DNA of 64,000 nt from Bdellovibrionales bacterium (GTDB lineage: Bacteria; Bdellovibrionota; Bdellovibrionia; Bdellovibrionales; JAUICD01): assembly GCA_965203275.1 (NCBI GenBank), contig OZ241865.1:1568001-1632000 (forward strand). Reading direction: 5' to 3'. The notes beneath the pieces are model-generated. The model was not told the origin of the DNA and searched no databases. It saw only the letters and a list, made by a program, of their open reading frames with translations. Position numbers and translations under genes: made by a program. Of this stretch, positions 21,188-31,445 are shown in pieces (the first letter of the stretch is position 1; each line of letters begins with the position of its first letter).

Positions 21188-22663
21188 TCAATAAATCCAA
21201 TACCAAAATATACAGGATATAAACAAAAATGTTAAAATATAACTTGCTGATGTTGTAATGGATAAACTTCCAACCGCAGGATCTAACTGTAAGCGACGAA
21301 TAAACCAAGGGATAAAGACACCTAAAATCACCGAGATTAAAAGATGCACAGTTAAAGATCCTGTTACAATCACAATATGTGTTAAATATCCCATTTGCAA
21401 AAGATAAAAAGTAATAGTAATTAAAGCAGAAGCTACTAAAGATACTAAGACTCCCATTTTAAATTCATTAAAAATATAAGAAAAAAATCCTATGGAATCA
21501 AGTTTTCCCTCTCTTAAATCGTGAACAGTTAAGGTAACCACTTGATTACTTAAAGTCATTCCCATAATTAATAAGAGAGGTATAGCAAAAACTATCACTT
21601 TAGCCTGCTCTACATTATGTTTCAAATGGTAAGATAAAGATGAAAGCATTCCATGAAGTGATGGATGTGCTTTAAGCGAAGGTAGATCTGATATTGTGTT
21701 ATTAAGAGCAAGTAGTGTATCAGAAAATACACCTATGATATGCTTTTCTGTAAGATATAAAAGCCAAAAAGAACAAAATAATCCTATGACAAAAGCAAGA
21801 GCAATCCAAGAATATAACCCTATTTGACTTTTAAATCCACCTCGCCTTGCATGCCCTATTTGACCCATAGCCAATAACTCTTCTTTGGCTTCCTCTCTGA
21901 TGACGTCAATAACATCATCAACTGTAATAGCTCCTAAGAGAATATTGTTATGATCTGTTACAGGTAAAGATAAAAAATCATACCTTTCAACCAATTTTGC
22001 AACTTCTTGACTACTTGTTGTCACAGAAACATCAATAGTTTCTTTTGTCATAATGTCTTTTAATTTATCTGTAGGTTTAGAAAGAAGAATTTGTTTAAGA
22101 CTTAAAACGCCTACCAATCGATCATCCTCATCTACAATATAAACATAAAATGTTGCCTCTGCATCTTCTACAATTTTTTGAAGTGACTCAATAGCTGTTT
22201 TAACTGTAAAACTTTCATTGAGCTTTAAAATCTGTGTAGTCATTAGGCCACCAGCAGAATCTTTAGGATATTGTAATAAGTCTTCTGCGGCTTCTTTTTC
22301 TTTTTTTTCCATAGATGAGAGAATTTCAGTGGAAACTTCTATATCCAGATGCCCTAAGAGATCTGTTCTATCATCTACATCCATGCATGAAATAATATTA
22401 ATAAGAGATTTTTTAGGTAACCAATTAACAAATACTTTTTGCAAGTCTTCGTTTAAGTGACTGAAAACCTCTGATTTGATTTGATCTGATTCTAATGAAT
22501 TAAAAACAACACTCTGTTCATCTTTGTCGAGTTCATCAAGAACTTCTGCTATATCAGCAGAGTGTGTCTTCTGAAGTAAGTTTTTAATATTGCTAATAGC
22601 CTGAATGCTAATCAACTTTTTAAGACTACTAACTAAAATTTTATTCTTTTGATCAATAACCAC
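21188..22663 (-). CDS. mgtE: Magnesium transporter MgtE
   Basis: HSADIAEVL N-domain, SAGGLMT, CBS pair, ITVDDVIDVI, LDPAVGS. TM region is divergent. Confidence 0.9.
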   Translation of the reverse strand: MVIDQKNKILVSSLKKLISIQAISNIKNLLQKTHSADIAEVLDELDKDEQSVVFNSLESDQIKSEVFSHLNEDLQKVFVNWLPKKSLINIISCMDVDDRTDLLGHLDIEVSTEILSSMEKKEKEAAEDLLQYPKDSAGGLMTTQILKLNESFTVKTAIESLQKIVEDAEATFYVYIVDEDDRLVGVLSLKQILLSKPTDKLKDIMTKETIDVSVTTSSQEVAKLVERYDFLSLPVTDHNNILLGAITVDDVIDVIREEAKEELLAMGQIGHARRGGFKSQIGLYSWIALAFVIGLFCSFWLLYLTEKHIIGVFSDTLLALNNTISDLPSLKAHPSLHGMLSSLSYHLKHNVEQAKVIVFAIPLLLIMGMTLSNQVVTLTVHDLREGKLDSIGFFSYIFNEFKMGVLVSLVASALITITFYLLQMGYLTHIVIVTGSLTVHLLISVILGVFIPWFIRRLQLDPAVGSLSITTSASYILTFLFISCIFWYWIY

Positions 22664-22729
22664 ATTTATCCCTTAAGCCCTTCAATTAAAGTCATTAGAG
22701 TCCTTTAGAATAATTATAAAGAAAGCATA

Positions 22730-23695
22730 TCAGGACTTATCTCTGTTACTCAATGAATTTTTGAAATCTGTTTTTATCTGCAAATAAAAAATAACACCTA
22801 ACAAACCCCATAAAATGCCTATCACTTGAAAGGCTGATACCACAGCAGGACCAACTTGTGTCTCTTGACCTAACCCCCAGGAAAATAAACCTAAGGCAGC
22901 AACCTGTCCTGTTCCAATGCCCCCTGGAGCAATAGGTATAGCCATAAAAATAAAAGATAAAGGAACTGCATAGACATAAATCCAAAGAGGTATGTTAAAG
23001 TCCATTAAGAGAGCAGATGTTATAAAAAATGCAATACAAAGCCCCACAGTCAGAAGACTAAAACACATACCTATTATAAAATGGGATGGCTTAAATGATT
23101 CAAAAATAACAGCATTATGAGGTAAATTTTTTGATAAGTACGGTAAATCAAAAATAATTTCTTTATACATCTCACGAAAACAATGATGAAAACATACTAT
23201 TAATAAAAAAGAGAAGAGTGCAAATAAAATACTCGTAAATAAAAATAGCATTTTTAATTGAGGGTGATTCCAAAAAAAATCAAACTTGAAGAACATCATA
23301 GTCAATCCTACTAAAAGCATGGTATATACACCTGAAATGCGATCAAAAAGAATACTCATGGCTGCTTGCACCTTTTGATCACTGTGCTGTTTAGTAATGT
23401 AATATCCCTTGACTAAGTCACCCCCAACACCTCCAAGCATAGCAAAATTAAAAAAAAGCCCTATAAAACTTAACTTAAAAGCTTCTTTAAAAGAAGTGTC
23501 GACTTCAAAAATTTTTAAAAAATATCTCCACCTTACATTGTTGTTAAGCATGAGGGCAAAATAAAAACCTAAAAGCAATATAATTTCAGTGGGATGGGCT
23601 ACCTGCTTTAAGATAGACAAATCCAAGCTACCTCTTTCTAAGAGCCAATAAATTAAGCTACAAGCAAATAAAAGTTTAAAAAATGCTATCCACAT
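22730..23695 (-). CDS. Lysylphosphatidylglycerol synthase TM-domain (UPF0104) membrane protein
   Basis: RW...IGLFFNFAMLGGVGGDLVKGYY, SILFDRISG, IPIAPGGIG. Confidence 0.85.
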   Translation of the reverse strand: MWIAFFKLLFACSLIYWLLERGSLDLSILKQVAHPTEIILLLGFYFALMLNNNVRWRYFLKIFEVDTSFKEAFKLSFIGLFFNFAMLGGVGGDLVKGYYITKQHSDQKVQAAMSILFDRISGVYTMLLVGLTMMFFKFDFFWNHPQLKMLFLFTSILFALFSFLLIVCFHHCFREMYKEIIFDLPYLSKNLPHNAVIFESFKPSHFIIGMCFSLLTVGLCIAFFITSALLMDFNIPLWIYVYAVPLSFIFMAIPIAPGGIGTGQVAALGLFSWGLGQETQVGPAVVSAFQVIGILWGLLGVIFYLQIKTDFKNSLSNRDKS

Positions 23696-23881
23696 AAAGT
23701 ATTTAGTTGACCTTGATAACTTGTTTTGATACTCTCAATACTTTCAACATAAGGCTCTTTTTAAAAGATCAATATGTCAAAGTTTAAAATTAAATGTTTT
23801 AAAAAGTAAAAGTAATATAATTTAAAAAAATCAAAAAGTTTCTTAATAAAAATATATAGACCTCAGATCATTATATAAGTA

Positions 23882-24388
23882 TTAAAGTGTTTTTTGTAGG
23901 AAATGAGGATGAATTTGTTGGTAAAAATCTTCTAAGCTTATTGAGATGACTTTTGTTTCTGCAATGACAGGTAAAAAATTTGTATCTCCTGCCCATCGAG
24001 GAATAACATGATAATGCAAATGCCCTGGAACACCTGCTCCTGCATGAACTCCAAGATTAATCCCTATATTCATAGCTTCTGGGTTTAAAACCTTTTGCAA
24101 AATACCTACAGTCATCTTGACTGTCTCTTGTAGATGCATGTAGCTTTCTTGAGATAACTTTAATAAATCAGATTCATGTTTTCTAGGTAGAACAAGTAAA
24201 TGACCACTGTTATAGGGATATTTATTTAAAAACACAAGACTTTCTTGATCGGCATATACAATCAAAGATTCAAAACACACACCCTTAGGAAGTGCTTGAC
24301 AAAAAGGACAAGGCTTATGAACTTTAGACCTAGCCTTCATAATGTATTTTAAGCGATCAGGGCGAAACCAAAGACTTAATCTCGACAT
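23882..24388 (-). CDS. HIT family hydrolase
   Basis: CPFC, LNKYPYNSGHLLVLPRKH, HLHYHVIPRW. Confidence 0.95.
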   Translation of the reverse strand: MSRLSLWFRPDRLKYIMKARSKVHKPCPFCQALPKGVCFESLIVYADQESLVFLNKYPYNSGHLLVLPRKHESDLLKLSQESYMHLQETVKMTVGILQKVLNPEAMNIGINLGVHAGAGVPGHLHYHVIPRWAGDTNFLPVIAETKVISISLEDFYQQIHPHFLQKTL

Positions 24389-24420
24389 CTTTTATCTCTT
24401 TTACTTTTTAATAAAAACAT

Positions 24421-25353
24421 TTAAAAAGAGGGCATTAAATACATAGGAGTTGAAGGGTAAAATAAAAAAGAAAGAGCGTGTTTTTGAGTTAATAAACCTT
24501 CTAACTGGTTAAACCATCTTAAAATAGTAGGGCCTTCTTCTGGGATAAATATTTTTAATCTCTCTTGCCCTGTAAGCTCTTCAGCTAAATCAATAGCATC
24601 AGAAAAACCTCCTAGTTGATCAGCAAATCCCAACTCAACCCCTTTAGCTCCCGTAAAAATACGACCATCTGCATTTTGATCTACCAAATTAGCATCTAGC
24701 TTTCGTCCCTCCACAATTGCTGTTTTAAACTGACCTAACACTTCATCTAAAAGATTTTGTATGTATTCTCTCTCCTCAGAGGACATTTGTCTATAGTCTG
24801 CACCTGTGTCTTTATACTTACCGGTTTTAACTGAAAAACGTTTGATTTTTGCCCATTTATATAAATCTTCAAGATTAGCAAAATCCATAATCACACCGAT
24901 AGAACCCATAATTGTTCCTGGATGAGTGACAATTTGATCGCCTCCTGCAGCAATATAATAAGCTCCACTAGCTGCAACAGCTCCTAATGACATAATAATA
25001 GGTTTCTTAAATTCTTTACGAATTTTTATGAGATCACTGTAAATAGCCTGACTAGGTCCCACAGCCCCTCCAGGAGAGTTGACCCGAATGATCGCAGCCT
25101 TGACACTATCTTGATCGATGTGCTTTCTTAGAGTTTTCAAAAATTTCTGAGATTCTAAGATGATCCCTTCTATATCCAAAACTAAAACAGAATGAGTCCC
25201 TGGAGGTTTTTGCGAGCTTCTATCTGAAAATAAAGATTGCATAAGACCATAAGACAAAAAAATACTTACAGCTATGCTAAGAAAGACCAAAAGAAATGAC
25301 ACTTTCCAGAAGCTTTTAAAAAAGCAAGCAAACCATTTACGCCATAATGCCAT
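24421..25353 (-). CDS. sppA: Signal peptide peptidase SppA (36K type)
   Basis: RVNSPGGAV, AASGAYYIA, GSIGVI, KTGKYKD, DGRIFTG. Confidence 0.95.
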   Translation of the reverse strand: MALWRKWFACFFKSFWKVSFLLVFLSIAVSIFLSYGLMQSLFSDRSSQKPPGTHSVLVLDIEGIILESQKFLKTLRKHIDQDSVKAAIIRVNSPGGAVGPSQAIYSDLIKIRKEFKKPIIMSLGAVAASGAYYIAAGGDQIVTHPGTIMGSIGVIMDFANLEDLYKWAKIKRFSVKTGKYKDTGADYRQMSSEEREYIQNLLDEVLGQFKTAIVEGRKLDANLVDQNADGRIFTGAKGVELGFADQLGGFSDAIDLAEELTGQERLKIFIPEEGPTILRWFNQLEGLLTQKHALSFLFYPSTPMYLMPSF

Positions 25354-25433
25354 AAATTCCTCCTCTTAGAATTATTTTTATTTATAATCAGTCAAACAAA
25401 AGTGTATGTCAAACATAATAAGTTTTTAATTGA

Positions 25434-26990
25434 TTATCCGCCGGCTATAACGGAAAGTCCTCTTTTTATAAATTCACTTTCAATAATATTAGCATGCTTC
25501 CCTTGATAAAGGTTGCGATCTAAGTTTAATATTTTTTGTACAATTGTTGTGAGTGTATCATCTAATGTGATCAAGGGAAGATGATCTGTGAAAAGTTTAG
25601 CTATCTCAAATGGAATGACTTCTGGATGTGTATAGATAGCCCACCAAATACTTGAATATAGTATACCTATACCATAAGATTTATTGTGGCATTCATTAAA
25701 TACATCTGTTGCTGTAACTTGTAAATTAACTTGTGGGTTTCTATAGACACCACTATTAGCTTCACACCTTAATCCTTCTAAATTATTGGCAATGCTTTCA
25801 CCTATTTGAGGAGCATCTGGGAAAATCAATGCTGAGTGAAAATCTGCTATCCCCTCCTCGATAGCACGAAAGCAACCTGTCTCATTTGTACAACAAATAG
25901 GTGAAGAAGAAGGATCCACATCACATATTGATGAACCTTTACAATTTGTGTGATTCTCACAATAGCCACCAGAAGTTAGTTTTTTATTAGCATAATTAAA
26001 ATTAGCATGACCTGCTTCATGTAAAATGCTTTCTGCATTCAATGCCATCTCAAACCTCTTGTTACAAGAATTCAGGAAGCCTTCTTCACACACAATACCT
26101 AAAGCTAGTTTATTTTCAGCAGAACTCCAATAAGCATTGTTTTTAAGACCTTCCTCCACAGCGACTGCTACAATACTTTTGTTAGAGGCATACCAGCCAC
26201 CAGCATTGTTTTGCATCCAATTCATTTGATACATGAGATAATGATAAGTCATTAACTGTGCAATAGAATGACCCTCATCTCCATAGCGAAACTTCCAACT
26301 ACCATCAGCTTGAGGACGTAATCTTTCTACCCCTGGAACATCTATCACCACACGATAGTTATTATTTTGTAAAAGAACACCTGTTTCTTGATTCCATCTA
26401 AGAGGATCATTCAAAGGCATTCTGTTTGTAGGCATAGTGTTTTTTAAAGAATTAGCATTTCGTAAAAGTTCAGATGTATGATCAGCAAATCTATTAAGAT
26501 CATTGCTAAAAATATTTCGCAGTGAAAAACCTCTTTTTTGATTAAAAGAAAATATATTTTGAGGTTTAAGTTCTACAAGAACATTACTGTTTTGTTGTTG
26601 TTGAAATTTTTTAATAGTATTGGCTATTGAAGAATGAGGAGGAGGAACATTTGAATGATTTACTAAAGGAGCATTGACTTGGACATAACCTAGAGTATCA
26701 CTAATGGATACCCCATAAATTTGAAGGTCTTGTAAGGTTAAAAGCAAAGAATCTTCATCTTCTGGTAGAGGCTCTTGGCTCTGAGCCACAGGATTTTTCC
26801 AAAAAATACAGGCATCTACAGCAGGATCGCTTAAACAAGAAGTGGCTGTTCTTTCTCCTAAAACAATATTGAGAGCAGGATTATTATAGATAGCATTTTG
26901 ATCAATATTGGGATAAGAGTTATTTTTTGCCTCTTGACAACCCATATTAAAAGCTAGTAAAATAAAGAATATTGGGGTTTTGTATTTCAT
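25434..26990 (-). CDS. Lipoprotein zinc metalloprotease (gluzincin, M4/M36-like)
   Basis: Lipobox FNMGC; NNAYWS; HEAGH; EEGIADF. ATG at 26990. Confidence 0.75.
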   Translation of the reverse strand: MKYKTPIFFILLAFNMGCQEAKNNSYPNIDQNAIYNNPALNIVLGERTATSCLSDPAVDACIFWKNPVAQSQEPLPEDEDSLLLTLQDLQIYGVSISDTLGYVQVNAPLVNHSNVPPPHSSIANTIKKFQQQQNSNVLVELKPQNIFSFNQKRGFSLRNIFSNDLNRFADHTSELLRNANSLKNTMPTNRMPLNDPLRWNQETGVLLQNNNYRVVIDVPGVERLRPQADGSWKFRYGDEGHSIAQLMTYHYLMYQMNWMQNNAGGWYASNKSIVAVAVEEGLKNNAYWSSAENKLALGIVCEEGFLNSCNKRFEMALNAESILHEAGHANFNYANKKLTSGGYCENHTNCKGSSICDVDPSSSPICCTNETGCFRAIEEGIADFHSALIFPDAPQIGESIANNLEGLRCEANSGVYRNPQVNLQVTATDVFNECHNKSYGIGILYSSIWWAIYTHPEVIPFEIAKLFTDHLPLITLDDTLTTIVQKILNLDRNLYQGKHANIIESEFIKRGLSVIAGG

Positions 26991-26998
26991 AATATTAT

Positions 26999-27026
26999 CT
27001 ATCGACAAGATAAAAAAAGTTCTTTA
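26999..27026 (-). promoter_or_regulatory. Sigma28 (FliA)-like promoter
   Basis: TAAAG-N15-GTCGATAG immediately upstream of the metalloprotease ATG. Confidence 0.45.
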
Positions 27027-27199
27027 TATTATGTTGTGTTGAGATAGACTTTAGAAGTGAGATAGAGGTCCTTTTATAAAAAGTTAGCATAGACTTGAGT
27101 ATAGAGGCATCTTATGTTACACAAGGTGTTTTAACTTAGAGATTTAATAACGCAGTAAATAAAGTGTATAAAATGAAATAATAATAGGAGCAATAAACA

Positions 27200-27379
27200 A
27201 TGGCAAAAAAAGGCAAAGTTAAAATCATTACATTAGAATGTACAGAAGCCAGAAAGATAGGTGCATCCCCTTCACGTTACACCACTAAAAAGAACACACA
27301 AACTCATCCTGAACGCTTAGAGAAGAAAAAATATAATCCTTTTTTAAGAAGGCATACTCTCCATAAAGAGATTAAGTAA
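27200..27379 (+). CDS. rpmG: 50S ribosomal protein L33
   Basis: Manual translation [67 protein letters not shown]. Confidence 0.96.
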   Translation: MAKKGKVKIITLECTEARKIGASPSRYTTKKNTQTHPERLEKKKYNPFLRRHTLHKEIK

Positions 27380-27456
27380 CTTTTATGTGATCATGTTATA
27401 TGTCCATGTTTCAAAAAGAAGGAATAAAAACACAAGTTTCAATAAATCAATCCTAG

Positions 27457-27897
27457 GTGTTTTCGATGAATAATAAAATTAAAATGGATCATGTAGGTAT
27501 TGCTGTTAGGTCTATTCAAGAAGCCTTACCTTTTTATAAGACTTTAGGACTTTTGCCTTCTTTTGAATATATCCCTTCAGAAAAAGTTAAAGTAGCTTGT
27601 TTAATTTTAGAAAATGGTGTCAGTGTAGAGCTTTTAGAACCTGCTAGCCCTACTAGTGTTATTGATAAATTTTTAAATAAACAAGGTCCGGGGTTGCATC
27701 ATATTTGCTTTCGTGTTGAGAGTCTTAAAACAACCCTTGAAATACTTAAAAAAAATGGCATTACACTTATTGATCAAAAACCACGTAAAGGAGCTGGAGG
27801 TTGTTTAGTTGCTTTTATCCATCCTCGTGCTACAAACGGGGTTTTAGTCGAATTAAGTGAAAAATTAAAGGAATCAAAATCAAATGTATGCGAATAA
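27457..27897 (+). CDS. mce: Methylmalonyl-CoA epimerase
   Basis: DHVGIAV, VELLEP, GPGLHHICFRV, AFIHPRATNGVLVEL. Confidence 0.9.
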   Translation: MFSMNNKIKMDHVGIAVRSIQEALPFYKTLGLLPSFEYIPSEKVKVACLILENGVSVELLEPASPTSVIDKFLNKQGPGLHHICFRVESLKTTLEILKKNGITLIDQKPRKGAGGCLVAFIHPRATNGVLVELSEKLKESKSNVCE

Positions 27898-28576
27898 CTT
27901 TTACCTTCCTTTTACCGGTATGGTGAAAAAAATAGTGATAGCTAATGTAGTTATCTGGATTGTTTTACAGGTGATTATAGATGGTTTAATTTTACGTACG
28001 CCTTTTTTTACTTCTATTTTAGGGCTTTCTACTACTTCAGTTTTAAACCATTTTTTTATATGGGAACCCATTACTTATATGTTCCTGCACTCTCAAAGTC
28101 CTTTTCATATTTTATTTAATATGTTGCTTTTATGGTGGATGGGTGCAGAGCTTGAGCATTACTGGGGTAGCAAATTCTTTTTGAAATATTATATGACTTG
28201 TGGCATAGGGGCTGGATTAATCTATCTTATAGCTAACGGCCTTTATGGTTGGTTTATTGCACCAGTAAGTCCTGCTATTCTTATTGGAGCATCTGGATCT
28301 ATTTATGGGTTAATGTTAGCTTATGCTATCTTTTTTGGTAATCGCATCGTGTTGTTTATGTTTATTTTTCCTATGAAGGTAAAATGGATGGTTATTATTT
28401 TAGGGAGCATTCAATTTATAAGTTTAATGCAAGATGGCATTAATGGAGGTCGTGTTTCTCATTTAGCCCATTTAGGAGGACTTGCTTCTGGATGGATATT
28501 CCTTATAGTATGGACAAACTATCAAAAATATAAAAGAAAACTTCCCTCCAAAAATAGACTGCGAATTGTTCATTGA
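27884..28576 (+). CDS. Rhomboid family intramembrane serine protease
   Basis: TYMFLH, HILFNM, GASG, HLAHLGG. Confidence 0.95.
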   Translation: MYANNFYLPFTGMVKKIVIANVVIWIVLQVIIDGLILRTPFFTSILGLSTTSVLNHFFIWEPITYMFLHSQSPFHILFNMLLLWWMGAELEHYWGSKFFLKYYMTCGIGAGLIYLIANGLYGWFIAPVSPAILIGASGSIYGLMLAYAIFFGNRIVLFMFIFPMKVKWMVIILGSIQFISLMQDGINGGRVSHLAHLGGLASGWIFLIVWTNYQKYKRKLPSKNRLRIVH

Positions 28577-28660
28577 TTGTTTTATGTGCAGAAATACCCT
28601 ACTAAGTCATCTGTCATTTCTATTATATTCATAGTCTTTGTTTTCCTAAAAGTGGGTTGG

Positions 28661-28830
28661 TTCACTAAAAGTAAACTAGCCTCTGTTTCACTAAAAGTGG
28701 TCTAGCCTCTGGCTACTTTTGGACAATGACCGCAAAGGCTTTCGCCTTTGACAAAATGGTCATTGTCTCAAAAGCCTGTTCACTTTGAGTAAGAAGGAAC
28801 CCTTCGTTTCTTAACAGGATGTTAAGGAAA
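28661..28830 (-). repeat. Structured element (28687-28830, chimeric P1) plus end fragment
   Basis: GACAATGACC/GGTCATTGTC stem, CAAAGGC-TTTC-GCCTTTG, CTTAACA-GGA-TGTTAAG head. Confidence 0.85.
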
Positions 28831-28896
28831 CAAGCTGTTCGTCTTTTAGGAATTTTTCTAAAAGGTAGGGAAAAGGTATTTGAAAATTGGAATTTC

Positions 28897-29309
28897 AGTG
28901 ATTTCAATAAGTTAATACTGTGACTTTTGTATAAAAGTTACAGTATTAAGTGTTTGTAATTGTTAGACTTTTTTAGGTCGACTTTAGAAATTTCTAATTT
29001 TTCGTCTAACATAATTCTTATCGTTTATTATGACATAAAACTTTATATTTTTGTTAAAAAAAATTAAAAAAAGTTACATTTTGTATCAAAAAGAATCACT
29101 TTTTTAAATTTTTGTATCATCTTGAAACACTTTACTAATCTTAAAAACATAAGATCAGTGAAATAAACAATAAATTTTCATTTGCGTTTTATAACTTTTG
29201 TTTTATTTGATTTTTCAAAACAATTTTCTTGCAAAAATTTGTCTATTTTTTACTCTTTCGAATTGTGACTTTTATACAAAAGTCACAGTATTAAGTAGCT
29301 GAAATCACT
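28897..29309. repeat. 46-bp inverted repeat pair (28897-28942 / 29264-29309) enclosing an AT-rich 321-bp segment
   Basis: 27-bp perfect core TTAATACTGTGACTTTTGTATAAAAGT (28912-28938) vs its reverse complement at 29268-29294, plus outer AGTGATTTCA/TGAAATCACT. Confidence 0.9.
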
Positions 29310-29369
29310 AGGGGTCATTTAGAATCACTAAAAGTGGCTAGTTCACTTTGAGTGAATAAAGAAGGAACT

Positions 29370-29517
29370 TTTTCCTTAACATTATGTAAAAGAATAAAAG
29401 GATCCTTCTCTACTCAAAATAAATGAATTTTCTAGGCAGTTAGCCTTTGATCGACGGCGGTAGCCGTCGGGCTAACTGCCAGAAAACATGCCAGAGGCAT
29501 GATTTATTTTGAGTGAA
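29370..29517 (+). repeat. Complete structured element copy
   Basis: P1 ACTCAAAATAAAT/ATTTATTTTGAGT, P2 GGCAGTTAGC/GCTAACTGCC, apical CGACGGC-GGTA-GCCGTCG, P3 CATGCC-AGA-GGCATG. Confidence 0.9.
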
Positions 29518-29647
29518 ACAAGTTAGGTGAAGTTGAGAATCTTAAGCATCTACAGAGATACAAATAAGCCTAACTAAAAGGTAAAGAAGGATGGTAAAAG
29601 ATGCTATCCAAATTTTAATTAATTTTAATAAATAGAGGAGTTTTAAA

Positions 29648-30364
29648 ATGAACAAATTAAAACTAAACCAAAGGGGCTTTAGCTTAATTGAGCTAATGGC
29701 AGTTGTTTTAATTATTGGAGTCTTGGCTGCTGTGGCAGTTCCAAATTATCAAAGATTCCAAAGAAAGGCAAGGCAAACTGAGGCTAAGACAAACTTGGCA
29801 GCGATGTACACTGCTGAGCGAACTTTTATTTCAGAGTGGTCTTATGGAACAACTAACTTAGACTTAATTGGTTACGATTCAACTGGAGAGCTTTTTTATG
29901 TTGTGGGATGGCATACTGGAGATGCTACAGAAAAGGACAATACTATCAACGCAACAAGTGGGCAACCAACCCGTTATCGTGGTCCTGTACCACTGGCAGG
30001 TACTACTGATCATGTAAACACTGCTGAAACAAATCCAAATGGATTCCATATAGACGCAGATTCGGGAGTGCAACTTTCAAGAAGCAGGACGTGTGTAAAC
30101 AGTGCTGCAACTTCGAATAATACATGTTGTGAGGTTTCCGGGGCAAACTGTCAAGCGATCGGAGCTGTAAGTTCAACGTGTAATACTGCAGCATTAGCTG
30201 CAGCAAGTTGTGGTTATGAATCGCATGGAGTGATAAACACCACTGCTGGTCTTGATAATGTTGGTTTTACAATAAGGGCCAGAGCTGATATTGGCGGTTC
30301 GGACAATGATGAATGGGAGATTGATCATAGCAAAGCTATGAGGAATCCATTATCAGGACTTTAA
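29648..30364 (+). CDS. pilA: Type IVa major pilin
   Basis: Prepilin site QRG|FSLIELMAVVLIIGVLAAVAVPNY, KARQTEAKTNL; GAGGAG RBS; own terminator. Confidence 0.88.
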   Translation: MNKLKLNQRGFSLIELMAVVLIIGVLAAVAVPNYQRFQRKARQTEAKTNLAAMYTAERTFISEWSYGTTNLDLIGYDSTGELFYVVGWHTGDATEKDNTINATSGQPTRYRGPVPLAGTTDHVNTAETNPNGFHIDADSGVQLSRSRTCVNSAATSNNTCCEVSGANCQAIGAVSSTCNTAALAAASCGYESHGVINTTAGLDNVGFTIRARADIGGSDNDEWEIDHSKAMRNPLSGL

Positions 30365-30380
30365 TTCCGTTAATTCAATT

Positions 30381-30418
30381 ATAAGGCTATGGGTTTATGA
30401 GTCCCATAGCTTTATTTT
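30381..30418 (+). terminator. Intrinsic terminator after pilin
   Basis: GCTATGGG-loop-CCCATAGC followed by TTTATTTT. Confidence 0.8.
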
Positions 30419-30423
30419 AATCT

Positions 30424-30942
30424 TTGGAGAGTGAGATCATGTTTCAAAAAATAAGAAAGGCCATTAAATATCTATCAAGACCACGACAATTTATGTATTT
30501 ATATGCTTTATTGGCAGTGTTCTGGCTACATGCCTTTTATTTAATCTATGAAGATAATTATCTAAAAGCTAAATTTAAGTCTGATCAAGAGATAGCAAAT
30601 CAGGAATTATCTCTTAATAAAACAATGCAAATCGATATTAACACTGCACGTAAAGCTTATGATGGCATCTTTGATCCGGACGAGGCTATCAGAGATAAGA
30701 AAATAGATACTTTAGAGAGGTTTCTTAATATATGCGATAGTGCCTCTTGTCGAGTGATCAGTGGGTTAGAGCCGACACGTGATGTTTGCAATAATGAGCT
30801 GTCAACATCCCGGAATTTTCATAAGTATAGGGTGTATTCGTGTAAATTAAAGATCACAGTAGAGAACAACGAGCCTATGGATTGTACGAGGGTAATTTGG
30901 AGTTCGGTAAAGGGACTTTGTGAAAGATTAAATGATACATAA
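30424..30942 (+). CDS. Hypothetical membrane-anchored Cys-containing protein (possible pilin accessory)
   Basis: One N-terminal TM helix and 6 Cys; directly after pilA. Start probably at the ATG a few codons in. Confidence 0.65.
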   Translation: MESEIMFQKIRKAIKYLSRPRQFMYLYALLAVFWLHAFYLIYEDNYLKAKFKSDQEIANQELSLNKTMQIDINTARKAYDGIFDPDEAIRDKKIDTLERFLNICDSASCRVISGLEPTRDVCNNELSTSRNFHKYRVYSCKLKITVENNEPMDCTRVIWSSVKGLCERLNDT

Positions 30943-30983
30943 AACCTTTTTGAGAACTTAAAAGTATTTAGCGTTTTCATGGT

Positions 30984-31016
30984 AAAGAGGGCCCTCACGA
31001 CAGGCCCTCTTTTTTT
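30984..31016 (+). terminator. Intrinsic terminator
   Basis: AAAGAGGGCC-loop-GGCCCTCTTT plus T-tract. Confidence 0.88.
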
Positions 31017-31018
31017 AT

Positions 31019-31047
31019 TTGACTTTCTTAGAAATTAATCCTATACT
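31019..31047 (+). promoter_or_regulatory. Sigma70 promoter for 31095 ORF
   Basis: TTGACT-N17-TATACT. Confidence 0.75.
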
Positions 31048-31094
31048 AAAGCCAATTGATTTTAGAAATATTAATTTAACAAAGAGAGGACGTT

Positions 31095-31325
31095 ATGGAT
31101 AAGAAAAAAGAGATAAAAGGTTTTAATAAGTTTTTGAAAGATTCTGAAATAATAAGAGATCTAAAGGATGCTAAAAAAAATTTAAATGAAACTTTTAAGA
31201 AAGAGTCTAAATTAATTAAGAGTTATAAAAATAAAAGAGCAGACTCCCTAGCTCTTTTTTTAAAAAAAGAGTTTATAGCTTTTATAAAAAAAGTTGAGAA
31301 TAAAATAAAAAAATTAAAGAAATAA
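31095..31325 (+). CDS. Small Lys-rich helical hypothetical protein (76 aa)
   Basis: GAGAGGA RBS and own promoter; no family recognised. Confidence 0.65.
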   Translation: MDKKKEIKGFNKFLKDSEIIRDLKDAKKNLNETFKKESKLIKSYKNKRADSLALFLKKEFIAFIKKVENKIKKLKK

Positions 31326-31410
31326 ATATGAAAAGTCCTTATGGTCATCCTGACTGGAAACGAGAAAATAGAGGGAAATAAGAAGTCTAAATTAATCTAA
31401 TTCTAAATAA

Positions 31411-31439
31411 TTGAGTTTATCCAAAGAGGATGAGATACT
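31411..31439 (+). promoter_or_regulatory. Sigma70 promoter for crRNA-like unit 1
   Basis: TTGAGT-N17-GATACT with extended TG at 31431-31432; +1 predicted at 31446. Confidence 0.65.
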
Positions 31440-31445
31440 ATAATT

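Noticed and set aside
28713..28907. 64-aa ORF on the minus strand
   Set aside because: Mostly a read-through of a structured element copy.
29264..29287. TGTGA...TCACA as a CRP site
   Set aside because: Spacer is 14 nt, not the 6 nt of a CRP site.
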